64,000 bases of DNA from Candidatus Bathyarchaeia archaeon (lineage in GTDB: Archaea > Thermoproteota > Bathyarchaeia > Bathyarchaeales > Bathycorpusculaceae). Position 1 is the stretch's first letter. Each line of letters starts with the position of its first letter. The position numbers and the translations under genes are program-made. The stretch is from positions 168,468 through 232,467 of the forward strand of contig JAVZLQ010000004.1 in the NCBI GenBank assembly GCA_038883655.1, in the 5' to 3' direction. Below the pieces are notes generated by a model, which ran no database searches, was not told where the DNA came from, and worked only from the letters and a program-made list of their open reading frames with translations. This document shows, one piece after another, positions 36,879-46,016 of this stretch.

Positions 36879-37802
36879 TTAACTTTCTAAAAGTGGCACT
36901 TCTATCTTCATGAAATCTTCCGCCACAAGTGTGTTCTTGAAAATCTTTTGCGCTTGCTGCAGGAGCACATTTGCATTGTCGTACCTGGCGCTGATGTGTG
37001 TAAGAATCAACTGTTTTGCCCGCGCTTTCTTCGCGTTTTTTGCCGCTTGTTCAGGCGTTGAATGTCCATCCTCTTTTGCCCTTTCGATTAACTCATCATC
37101 TAACGTGGCATCGTGAATAATTATGTCCGCGTTAGCTGCAAACTTTGCAAAACCACTAAATGGTCTCGTGTCGCCAGTGTAAACAATTTTCCTTCCGGGT
37201 CTCGGCGGTCCAGCAACATCTTCTGGTTTTATGGTTCTTCCATCTGGCAGCCTAACATTGTGTCCGTTCTGCAGTTTTGACCATAATGGTCCCTCTGGAA
37301 TTCCAAGCGCCCTGGCTTTTTCTGGATAGAATTTTCCTGGACGCGGTTTTTCTGTCAACGCGTATGCGAGGCTTGGGATGACGTGGTTTGCCCAAACTGC
37401 TTGGACAATATATTCTCCTTCTTCACGCACTATGCCTTCTTCGTTTATTTCATGTATTTCTATTGGAAATGTTAGCACAAACTGGACTGTTTCTCTGATG
37501 GCTTCCAAGAAATGTTTTATTCCTGGCGGTCCATAAATTTCCAGTTTCTTTTCTCTGTCGAGCAGTGCCATTGTTTGGAGCAGTCCTGGCAAGCCTAGAA
37601 CGTGATCTCCGTGCATGTGTGTTATGAAAATTTTCATTTTTTTGTGGAAGCTAATTTTTGCTTTCACCATCTGTCTTTGGACGCCTTCGCCGCAGTCAAA
37701 CATTATTTGTTCTCCCTTGCGCTCTATTAGTATGGCTGGTAGGCTTCTCTTCGGTGTTGGGACGCTTCCAGCAGTGCCTAGGAAAATTATGTTTAGGCTC
37801 AT
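36879..37802 (-). CDS. rnz: Ribonuclease Z
   Basis: FLGT.GSVPT..R, DCGEG, THMHGDH, GP-rich flexible arm, GDT, HST, THISARY. Confidence 0.96.
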   Translation of the reverse strand: MSLNIIFLGTAGSVPTPKRSLPAILIERKGEQIMFDCGEGVQRQMVKAKISFHKKMKIFITHMHGDHVLGLPGLLQTMALLDREKKLEIYGPPGIKHFLEAIRETVQFVLTFPIEIHEINEEGIVREEGEYIVQAVWANHVIPSLAYALTEKPRPGKFYPEKARALGIPEGPLWSKLQNGHNVRLPDGRTIKPEDVAGPPRPGRKIVYTGDTRPFSGFAKFAANADIIIHDATLDDELIERAKEDGHSTPEQAAKNAKKARAKQLILTHISARYDNANVLLQQAQKIFKNTLVAEDFMKIEVPLLES

Positions 37803-37804
37803 GC

Positions 37805-38842
37805 TTACACCTTTTCGAAGACTGCTATTTCTCTTGTTAGGCTTCGGTGAACATAAACGAAATGGGACTCCACGTGCTTATATCCCAAACTTTCACCAGT
37901 TTTTCCAATGTTTAACGTTTTTGGAGATGCAATGCAAATTCTTTTTCCACTCTTTAGTACGTCGCCAGCCGCGGCTAAAACTTCCTCAACAAGCTGTTTC
38001 GTTGTCCTTTTTAAAGTTGAAGCCGATTTTCCGTAGGGTGGGTCTGTCACTATACAGCCGACTTTTCTTACTGGTGACGCTCGAGCATCCGCAACTATGA
38101 TGCCTTCTGGTTTTATGCCGAAGTGTGCTAAGTTTTTGAGGCTTCCCTTTACCATATACCTTTGCGCATCTAAGCCTAGAACTTTAAATCCCATGAGCGC
38201 AGCTTCGATGAGCATGCTCCCAGTTCCGCAGAAGGGGTCGAATACGGTTTCTCCTTTTTCTGGTTTTGCTAGGTTTACCATGCACCTCGCCAGCTTCGGT
38301 GGCATCGCGGATGGGTGAAAGAAGGGCTTTTTCTTCGGACGTCTTTCAACGAAGGGTTTTGGCGGAATTTCCGCGAGCTTGATTCCAAAAACAAATTTTT
38401 CGTCTGTTAGTATCCCCACAAATGTTTTTTCTGGATTTTTTAGGCTTACACGTGCATTTGTCTTTGCGTCAAGTATTATTTCGCCGAGTTTCCTTTCAAG
38501 AAACATGCTGTCAAGCTTTTTCGCGTATTCTTTCACTCTTCTAACGCGGACAGCGAAGCTTTCGCCATTGGCTAAAAATTCACTTATGTTTATGGAGCGT
38601 ATGGATTTTGCGATTGAATTTATTTCCGCCTTACACGTGAAAAGTTCGAGTCCGCAAAGCCGAGTTAACGCGGCTCTACACCTTACTTTTTCCACGCAAT
38701 TCGCGTCTGCTTCGACCCTTAATACTTGGTCAAGTTTTTCTGCTGTTTTGTATGGATGGCGCTCTGCTTCAAGTATAGCTTTTAACTCTGAAGCTGGTAG
38801 TGTTTCGTGTTCACCTGACAGCAGAAAGAAGAGTTTAGCCAC
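37805..38842 (-). CDS. trm11: tRNA m2G10/m22G10 methyltransferase (THUMP + MTase, Trm11)
   Basis: LSGEH, RRP..KPFFHP, DPFCGTGS, TDPPYG, VHRSLTR. Confidence 0.92.
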   Translation of the reverse strand: MAKLFFLLSGEHETLPASELKAILEAERHPYKTAEKLDQVLRVEADANCVEKVRCRAALTRLCGLELFTCKAEINSIAKSIRSINISEFLANGESFAVRVRRVKEYAKKLDSMFLERKLGEIILDAKTNARVSLKNPEKTFVGILTDEKFVFGIKLAEIPPKPFVERRPKKKPFFHPSAMPPKLARCMVNLAKPEKGETVFDPFCGTGSMLIEAALMGFKVLGLDAQRYMVKGSLKNLAHFGIKPEGIIVADARASPVRKVGCIVTDPPYGKSASTLKRTTKQLVEEVLAAAGDVLKSGKRICIASPKTLNIGKTGESLGYKHVESHFVYVHRSLTREIAVFEKV

Positions 38843-39725
38843 TCTTATGCTCCTTTAGGGCTTTACATATTAATGGCGCAAGTGAAACCTTGCTAACCGG
38901 GCTTGGGACGCTATCTGTGCCAACTATTCCATCAGCACCGCTCTCCATTATCCTTTTTTGGGCGTCTCCCATCAAAAGTGGATGCACACAAGCAGCATAG
39001 ACTTTACGTGCACCTTGGCTTTTTGCATATTTTACTGCTTTCGCCATGGTTCCGCCGCTGCTTATTATATCATCAAAAATTATCACGTCTCTGTTTTTGA
39101 CGGGTATGGCTTTTTCTTCAAGCGTAACGTTTCCGCTTGTTATGTCTCTTTTTGTAGCGATGTAGTCGAAGCCGCCGTTTAGGATGTTGTTTGCTTCTGT
39201 TGCCATGCTTAACGCTTTTTTGCCAAGCGAAAGCGAAACGGGATTTTCCGCTAAACCTTCATTTTTGAAGTATTCAGCAAGCAGTGGAACAGCCGACAAG
39301 TCTACAACTGGAAGTTTGAAGGCTTTTAGTGTTGTTGGGCTGTGCGCGTTTACTGTTATAAGCTTGTCTACGCCGCAGTTTTCCAGCAGCTTCATGATTG
39401 TTTTTACGCTGAAGGCTTCGCCCTTCATGAACCTTTTATCTTGTCTCGCATAAGCGAAGTACGGTGCAACAACGGTTATGCTTTTTGCTTCCATGTCTTT
39501 GGCGTTGTCCGCCATGAGAAATAGCTGTATAAGCCTCTGGTCTTGCGGTGGACTTGTTGTCTGCACGATTACAACGTCTTCGTTTTTCAAGGTTTCTGTT
39601 TCGAAGCGTATGTAGGATTCGCCGTCTGGAAAAGTTTTGAAGGTTACTGGAACGGTTTCGACTTTTAGTGTTTGCGCTATTTTTTCGCCCAGCTCCTTCG
39701 AGGCTGGTCCAGGTATTATCTTCAT
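38835..39725 (-). CDS. prs: Ribose-phosphate pyrophosphokinase
   Basis: FPDGE, PYFAYARQD, DDIISSGGT. Confidence 0.96.
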   Translation of the reverse strand: MKIIPGPASKELGEKIAQTLKVETVPVTFKTFPDGESYIRFETETLKNEDVVIVQTTSPPQDQRLIQLFLMADNAKDMEAKSITVVAPYFAYARQDKRFMKGEAFSVKTIMKLLENCGVDKLITVNAHSPTTLKAFKLPVVDLSAVPLLAEYFKNEGLAENPVSLSLGKKALSMATEANNILNGGFDYIATKRDITSGNVTLEEKAIPVKNRDVIIFDDIISSGGTMAKAVKYAKSQGARKVYAACVHPLLMGDAQKRIMESGADGIVGTDSVPSPVSKVSLAPLICKALKEHKSG

Positions 39726-39765
39726 CTTCTACAGTCTTCCAAGATTGCTTTGAATTCGCACAAGT

Positions 39766-41043
39766 TTATGTCTTTCCAGAGGCTTTAAGTTGTTCTATTA
39801 TTTCTTTGGCTCTGTCCATGCGGATTTTGCGTTCTTCAACCATCTTTTCGGCAACCAAGTCTATGAGTTCGCCAGTTGCGCCCGCGGCTATGGCTATGTT
39901 TCTTGCGTGAAGCGACATGTGTCCGCGTTGTATGCCTTCATGTGCCAAGGCTCGTAATGCGCCTAGGTTTTGGGCTAAACCAACCGCGGCGAGCACTTCT
40001 GCGAATTCGTTTGCCGTTTTTACTCCGAGTATTTTTAGGGCTATGCGCGCTATTGGATGTGTTCGCACCGCACCGCCTATTAGGCCGACTGCCATCGGCA
40101 ACTCGATAGAGCCCACCAAATCGCCGTTTTCGTTCTTCTCCCAAGTGGAAAGCGTCGTGTATTGCCCGTTTCTTGCGGCATAAGCGTGTGCGCCAGCCTC
40201 GATTGCACGGTGGTCGTTGCATGTGGCAATTACCACGGCGATTATGCCATTCATTATACCCTTATTGTGCGTAGCCGCCCGATAGGGGTCTGCAGCGGCA
40301 AAAGCCCAAGCGTTCACTATGCCGTCTACGACCTCTTCTCCGCCAACAGCCTCTTTTGGCACGGTGCACCATGCCCTTGCCAAACGCTTGACAGCCAAAT
40401 TGGAGATAATCCGCAAGTAAACGCGTCCGCCAGTTATGCGCTCTATTAGTGGCGCGACAGCCTCGCACATTGTGTTTACAGCGTTAGCGCCCATGGCATC
40501 TCGGCAGTCCACATGCAACTCCGTAATAACCATTGGTCCTTGCGTTGTATGTATGACTTTTGCGTCTAGGTCTTTTGCTCCACCACCCACTGAAACCAAA
40601 ACTGGGTCTTGGTCGTTTGCCTTCTTCAAAATTTCCTCTTTTGCCTCTAATACGCGCAGCCTAGCCGCGTAAGGGTCTTTTATGCCGACCGCTTGAACTT
40701 GCCCAATCATGATTGGAGGCGTACTACTTGCATAGAAGCCTCCGCCGTCGCGTGCCATCTTCGCCGCGTAACTCGCAGCAGCCACGACGGAAGGCTCTTC
40801 AATAGCCATTGGAATAAGGTAGTCGCGTTTGTTTATGAGGAAGTTGACGGCTATGCCAAGCGGAACTGGAATGGCGCCAACAACATTCTCAATCATACGG
40901 TCAGCCAAATCTAGGGGCAGACTACCAGTATTCTGCAGTAAGGCGGCTTCCTCGTCCGTTAAGCCAGCAAACTCCTTAACAAAAGCCAAACGCTCCTTTA
41001 AGCTAAGCTTGTAGAAACCCGAAACCAAAGACGACTTACTCAT
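39766..41043 (-). CDS. mvaA: Class II HMG-CoA reductase
   Basis: MIEN, EEPSVVAA, DAMGAN, ATHNKG, GIQRGHM; likely start is ATG 41043. Confidence 0.94.
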   Translation of the reverse strand: MSKSSLVSGFYKLSLKERLAFVKEFAGLTDEEAALLQNTGSLPLDLADRMIENVVGAIPVPLGIAVNFLINKRDYLIPMAIEEPSVVAAASYAAKMARDGGGFYASSTPPIMIGQVQAVGIKDPYAARLRVLEAKEEILKKANDQDPVLVSVGGGAKDLDAKVIHTTQGPMVITELHVDCRDAMGANAVNTMCEAVAPLIERITGGRVYLRIISNLAVKRLARAWCTVPKEAVGGEEVVDGIVNAWAFAAADPYRAATHNKGIMNGIIAVVIATCNDHRAIEAGAHAYAARNGQYTTLSTWEKNENGDLVGSIELPMAVGLIGGAVRTHPIARIALKILGVKTANEFAEVLAAVGLAQNLGALRALAHEGIQRGHMSLHARNIAIAAGATGELIDLVAEKMVEERKIRMDRAKEIIEQLKASGKT

Positions 41044-41162
41044 TTTCACCACTCTTTTTGTTAATGATTTCGAGTAACAGCAATGCACCCTTCTACTTTT
41101 AAACTTTAGCAAAATACACGCTTTCGAAATATGCGATTTGCGTTTTCAGCTTTGTTCCCGAA

Positions 41163-41570
41163 TTATTTTGTTTGCGGGGTGGCGTCACTTAAATTTGAAG
41201 TTTTAACGTGTGTTGCGATTTTTCTTAGGAGTTGAGGGTCTTCAGTTATGAGTGTTAAATTTTTCACTTGAGCAGTGTAGACGTATGCTGCGTCATAAAA
41301 TGTTATTTTAAGTTTTGCTGCTGCTTGCAGTATTTCTCGTTCACTACAGTCTATTTGTACGATTTCCATGGTGTTCAAGGTTTGTTTTATTATTTTTGCG
41401 AGAATTTCAATCTCTTGTTCTGTGGCTTTTGCCTGAAGCACAAAGTTTTTCCATAATATGTTTCCCAACTCATACCTCGCCAATTCCAATGTGCAATTTC
41501 CAACAAGAGTTTCGATTTTGTTCTCTTTTATGGCTTTAAATATGGCTGACGAATCAAAAAGGTATTTCAT
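41163..41570 (-). CDS. vapC: VapC PIN-domain toxin
   Basis: LFDSSA, YELGN, ITFYDAAY, LITED. Confidence 0.92.
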   Translation of the reverse strand: MKYLFDSSAIFKAIKENKIETLVGNCTLELARYELGNILWKNFVLQAKATEQEIEILAKIIKQTLNTMEIVQIDCSEREILQAAAKLKITFYDAAYVYTAQVKNLTLITEDPQLLRKIATHVKTSNLSDATPQTK

Positions 41571-41797
41571 CTACGCATTCTATCCTCTCTTATGCCTTTT
41601 ACAATTTCTTCCATGCTTACCCTGTCAAGAACTGGCTTCAGCCTCTCTATCTCCTCTCTGAGTCTTTCAGCCTCTCTCCTCTTAATTTCATCTTCTATGG
41701 CTTTTTTCAAAAGTTTTGAAGGTTTAATTTTTAGTTCCTTCATTTTTTCTTTAACTTCTTTAGGAATTTTAATGGAAACCGTAGTATACTTACTCAA
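41567..41797 (-). CDS. VapB-type RHH antitoxin
   Basis: TTVSIKIPKEVK...IREDR; overlaps the vapC start. Confidence 0.85.
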   Translation of the reverse strand: MSKYTTVSIKIPKEVKEKMKELKIKPSKLLKKAIEDEIKRREAERLREEIERLKPVLDRVSMEEIVKGIREDRMRR

Positions 41798-41915
41798 ATT
41801 CCCACCAAGAAGTAATACCAATAACAAAAAATAAAAGTTTTCCTGTATCCATCTAACTGTTATCGTTAAAGCAATACTTAAACGAATCCTGAACTTAAAA
41901 ATAAAAAAGGGGAAT

Positions 41916-42440
41916 TTATGCTGCTGGCCAGTATTCTACTTGAACTTTGAAGTTTCTAGTTATGTCATTTGTAATAGCTTTTACCTCGATTGTAAAGCGC
42001 AAGTATACACCTTGTTCTAGCGTATTGGAAGAGTAATCAGTGGAGCTTGTTAGATCAAGAGTGTCGCGGTAGTTCCAGCTTCCAGACTGGTTGTCATAGA
42101 TATGTATCTTTGCTATTTCAAATTCAGAACTTTGAAGTGCTTGCGAAACGGTTATTTTGTAGTTAAAGGTTTCGGAAGATGTGCTATTATTCTTTAGGTA
42201 TAATGCTCTAGTAAAGTTCATAGCAGTTGCATTCTCCACGTTTAAACTTATACTGGCTGTGGCACCAATAATTACGGCGTCAGCATCTTCACCTTTTAAC
42301 CATATAAGCTTTGGAGCCCCAACGGTTATGGAGCCTTCAATATACATATATCGATATACTTCCGCGCTAACTGTTGCTATGAGTAGTGATGTTATTAGCA
42401 ATGTTGTCAGTTTTAGTATTTTCTTTATGTTTGTTTTCAT
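41916..42440 (-). CDS. Secreted beta-rich hypothetical protein
   Basis: Basic N-region, hydrophobic core and VSA| site, followed by a beta-strand-rich domain with several N-x-S/T sequons. Confidence 0.75.
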   Translation of the reverse strand: MKTNIKKILKLTTLLITSLLIATVSAEVYRYMYIEGSITVGAPKLIWLKGEDADAVIIGATASISLNVENATAMNFTRALYLKNNSTSSETFNYKITVSQALQSSEFEIAKIHIYDNQSGSWNYRDTLDLTSSTDYSSNTLEQGVYLRFTIEVKAITNDITRNFKVQVEYWPAA

Positions 42441-43144
42441 TTTGTTGTTTCACCTCCTTTTCTCCTTTTTCTTTCTTTTAGGGTTTCTATCCATATTCTT
42501 GCGAGTACGTAGATGCTTACTCCTAGGACTAGGATGCAGGCCAATGCTAGGGCTATGGCGGATATCACGAAGGCCGCCGCTCCCCACGAAGGCTTAACAA
42601 GAACGTATATGCTTGAGCCGATTATCGCTGCGCCTGCACCCAGGGCAATGTACCACCATTTCGGCTTGAAGAACACGTACGTGCCCACTCCCACTACAAG
42701 CGTGTCAAACGCCACTATGCCTATGAAAGTGGTTTCCCAAGAAAGCGTTGGAAACATAACCAGTGGATGCGTGGCAATTTCAGTGTAGTTTGTTACGAAG
42801 AAGGCGGAAAGTGTTACGGCTGGAAATGTTACTGTGAACATGAAGACTTTCGCGTATGCAATCAACTTCTTTATTATGCCAAGATACGCGTTTATGGCGA
42901 CGATGTTTGCTAATGCCACGATTAGGTAGAGGAGGCTTCCCCAGAAGCGCATGTACTCGCCGAACATCGCCATAAACTCGCGGTTTATGAGCAACTGTCC
43001 AAAACCAGCCAAAGCCGCCAATTGATACACGTAGGGCAACTGCCATGGAAAATGTTTGTCCAGTAGACATGTCAATAGGCTTATCGCTAGAAAGAGGTCT
43101 ATGCCCAACAGTGCGAAGAACTCTGGTTGTAGTGGGGAGGGCAT
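42437..43144 (-). CDS. Polytopic membrane protein (about 7 TM)
   Basis: Multiple hydrophobic segments; overlaps the downstream gene. Confidence 0.75.
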   Translation of the reverse strand: MPSPLQPEFFALLGIDLFLAISLLTCLLDKHFPWQLPYVYQLAALAGFGQLLINREFMAMFGEYMRFWGSLLYLIVALANIVAINAYLGIIKKLIAYAKVFMFTVTFPAVTLSAFFVTNYTEIATHPLVMFPTLSWETTFIGIVAFDTLVVGVGTYVFFKPKWWYIALGAGAAIIGSSIYVLVKPSWGAAAFVISAIALALACILVLGVSIYVLARIWIETLKERKRRKGGETTK

Positions 43145-43192
43145 TTTGGATTCGCACTCGGAATGTCTTGTTTCTGCTTATTTAAGATATGT

Positions 43193-43217
43193 GAATTCGG
43201 AATCTAAATCCGAATTC
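43193..43217. promoter_or_regulatory. Perfect 9-bp inverted repeat upstream of a TATA box
   Basis: GAATTCGGA-ATCTAAA-TCCGAATTC; minus-strand CTTAAATA at about 43179-43186. Confidence 0.5.
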
Positions 43218-43291
43218 TACAATAAAACGGAGCGCAGAAGAAAATAAATCTTTTGTCGTAATATTTGCTACACTATGCTTGTCACGCAAAC

Positions 43292-44302
43292 CTAACGCCT
43301 AGGCAAAGCCACAGCAGAAACCCCAAAACGCTTTCTAATTTCCCTAGCCAAAGTTTCAGCATAACCAACTCGAAAATTGTCCGTAACAACAAAATTCGGT
43401 TTGGAACGTCTAACATACTCCATCAAACCGTCAAAATCTGAATGGTCGCTCAAGGCAATAATATACTCTCTTTCGGAAATTTCGCGGCAAGGCAAATCAA
43501 ATTCCCAACCACTCACATAAACCCTAAAACAGTTACTGCTAAACCTGTCCCGCGAGTTCATATGATAAAAGGCAACGCAGGGCAAGTTCTTCTCAAGCAA
43601 TTCTCTCGCTTCCCTCTCTTCAGAGAGGATTAAACGTCCAAGGCGCATGCCATGCTTTTCGCATATTCTGGAAAAATGAAAAACCCTCTCGGGAACAACA
43701 AAAGGCGCCTTAACGTTCGCACTGTGCAAAATTTGCATTGCCTCTTGAAGCTTACCATGATAACCAAAAACATAAACCGCGCCGCTTTTTAGTCCTTCCT
43801 CAACAATCGAAACAAGCAAATCCCTAACATCCATGTCAAAAGAGCGCCTACAGCTCGGACTTCCATAAGTCGCCTCCATGACGAGGACGTCAGCCTCCAA
43901 AACTGGAGTTTCATCAATCCTAAAATCCCCAGTATAAACAATCCTTGTTCCCTCAGCGTCCTCAACAAGCACCTGCGCCGCGCCAAGTATGTGATCCGCT
44001 TTAAAGAAGGTTATCCGCTCCTCCTCGTACTGCAAAGTTTCACCATAATCGTGCGCTTCGATAAACCCGCTCATAAGAAAAAGCGGACTTTTCATAACGT
44101 CAATCAAATCTTTCGTAGCAGGGGTCATCAAAACCTTCTCACATGTTCTTAGGCTTTGTTGCAGTCCAACCATATGGTCGGCATGCGCGTGGGTTACAAC
44201 CCTTAACGGTTTAGTTTCTTCGTTGGCATCGCACGCCACGTAGCTTCCAAGTAAGATGGCTCCGCGAGGCGTTATTGTAGCTTTTGAGGACAACGTCAGC
44301 AC
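43292..44302 (-). CDS. MBL-fold (beta-CASP-like) nuclease
   Basis: THAHADH, HILGA, YTGDF, EATYG, LSDHSD. Confidence 0.88.
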   Translation of the reverse strand: MLTLSSKATITPRGAILLGSYVACDANEETKPLRVVTHAHADHMVGLQQSLRTCEKVLMTPATKDLIDVMKSPLFLMSGFIEAHDYGETLQYEEERITFFKADHILGAAQVLVEDAEGTRIVYTGDFRIDETPVLEADVLVMEATYGSPSCRRSFDMDVRDLLVSIVEEGLKSGAVYVFGYHGKLQEAMQILHSANVKAPFVVPERVFHFSRICEKHGMRLGRLILSEEREARELLEKNLPCVAFYHMNSRDRFSSNCFRVYVSGWEFDLPCREISEREYIIALSDHSDFDGLMEYVRRSKPNFVVTDNFRVGYAETLAREIRKRFGVSAVALPRR

Positions 44303-44376
44303 CGTTCACAAGAAAATCATTGATTAAGTTGCAATAAACTTTACCCTTCACTTGTAAACTCACTTCATAATCTTCT

Positions 44377-44772
44377 TTATTTTGAGACAAGCCACGCAAT
44401 TAGTTCTCTCGGATCGGCGCATTCTATTCTAACCCTTATCGGTCCCAACGGTGATTCAGCGGTTTCCTTGGAAAATGAAATGTGCCCAGCAAAAGCGGCT
44501 TGCTTGTTTAAGCAGAAGTTTATGGTTCTCTCATTCAATCCCTCAAGGAAGACGCTTCTCGCAGCGTCGCGTATGCGTTCTCTTCGCAGCAAATTGTAAA
44601 GCTTTGTAAGCGCCTCAAGTCCACTAGCCTCGCCAATCAGCGTAATTCCCCTACGCGACGGTTTTGATCGGAATGTTAAACCTCCAAAAATGTTTTCAAC
44701 AGCGCGTTTAACTTTGGCTTCATCCTCTGTTGGATTAACCTCGACTTCAACAAAAACTTTTACTTCATCCAT
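44377..44772 (-). CDS. UPF0201/DUF54 RNA-binding family protein
   Basis: VNPTED..KV, RI.DAAR, LNKQAA, SPLGPI. Confidence 0.88.
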   Translation of the reverse strand: MDEVKVFVEVEVNPTEDEAKVKRAVENIFGGLTFRSKPSRRGITLIGEASGLEALTKLYNLLRRERIRDAARSVFLEGLNERTINFCLNKQAAFAGHISFSKETAESPLGPIRVRIECADPRELIAWLVSK

Positions 44773-45326
44773 TGCTCTTCAACCTTCCTCAAAACCTCAG
44801 CAATCTGCTGCTTAACAGCCTTCAATGAACACTCATTATCTATAGTATAATCAGCTTTGGCTATGGCTTCTCCAAGCCCAACTAAGAGTTCACGCTCATC
44901 CCTTTCACTGAATATTTCCCAGTTTTTCGGGTCGTCGCTCCTCTTACGGCAATATAAACGTTTAAACCTTGTTTCTGGAGACGCCTTGATGGCAATTAAC
45001 GTGAACTTTTGAAAATGCCTCTTGAACTCCTCAACTTCCGCCATACTCCTTACGCCGTCAACTATGACCTTCTCCCTTTTCGATTCCATAATTCTTGGTA
45101 TGCATCGCTTCGCTATTACACTGTTTCCCTCTTGAAGCCTCAACTCAATCATAACCTTTCCAAGATGCTCAGGCGCGCATTCCAAACCCCTCCTACGCAC
45201 TTCCTCCCTCACAACATCACCCATAACAACAACATCGTAACCCATTCCCTTCGCAACATCAACGACAACGGATTTCCCAGCGCCTGGCATGCCTGCAACA
45301 CCGACAACAAGCTTATCTACTACCAT
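44760..45326 (-). CDS. UPF0200 nucleotide kinase (dephospho-CoA kinase-like)
   Basis: GMPGAGKS, MGDVVREE, DGVRS, R.RSDD, RD.REL. Confidence 0.88.
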   Translation of the reverse strand: MVVDKLVVGVAGMPGAGKSVVVDVAKGMGYDVVVMGDVVREEVRRRGLECAPEHLGKVMIELRLQEGNSVIAKRCIPRIMESKREKVIVDGVRSMAEVEEFKRHFQKFTLIAIKASPETRFKRLYCRKRSDDPKNWEIFSERDERELLVGLGEAIAKADYTIDNECSLKAVKQQIAEVLRKVEEQWMK

Positions 45327-45427
45327 TGTGAATCACGTTGAATTTGGATTTAACTGGCTATTAAGTGCTCTTTTATGTTAAAAGCATTTATGGAAAAGCC
45401 TACAGAGAATATGCGAAGGAATGACAA

Positions 45428-45997
45428 ATGCCAGAAACCATTAGGAGCTTTATAGCCTTCGACATAGAAGATGAGGCTATTCTTAAAAGAATCAGTGATG
45501 TGCAAAAATTGTTGTTGGAAACTGGCGCTGATTTGAAGCTTGTTGAACCAAGAAACATTCACATAACAATAAGATTTCTCGGCAACATAACAAGCGCCAC
45601 TGTCGAAAAAATTGGTGAAGAACTTAAGAAAGTGCAGTTTACGCCCTTCAACGTCAAAATAAGCGGGGTCGGCGCTTTTCCGAACATGCATCATCCGCGC
45701 GTTCTATGGGCTGGAATAACAGAGGGCGCGCTTCAACTGAAAGATATCTTTAACCAGATTGAGCCGCGTTTACGTAGTTTGGGTTTTGCGCCAGACCCGA
45801 AGGGTTTTAGCCCACACTTAACAATTGCAAGAGTGAAGTCTGGAAGAAACAAGGCAGAACTGGCTAAATGCATAAACCAAAACATAAATTATGATTTTGG
45901 AACAGTAAGGGCAGCTTGTTTAAGGCTGAAGCGAAGCGACCTAACACCAAAAGGACCAATATACTCAACCCTTAAGGAGCATTGTCCACAAAAATAG
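45428..45997 (+). CDS. thpR: RNA 2',3'-cyclic phosphodiesterase (2H family)
   Basis: HITI and HLTI 2H motifs; RSFIA. Confidence 0.93.
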   Translation: MPETIRSFIAFDIEDEAILKRISDVQKLLLETGADLKLVEPRNIHITIRFLGNITSATVEKIGEELKKVQFTPFNVKISGVGAFPNMHHPRVLWAGITEGALQLKDIFNQIEPRLRSLGFAPDPKGFSPHLTIARVKSGRNKAELAKCINQNINYDFGTVRAACLRLKRSDLTPKGPIYSTLKEHCPQK

Positions 45998-46016
45998 ACG
46001 GAGCAAGGGCGAGTGC

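Noticed and set aside
41163-41797. Mobile element around vapBC
   Set aside because: No transposase, integrase or terminal repeats were seen; it looks like a solitary TA pair.
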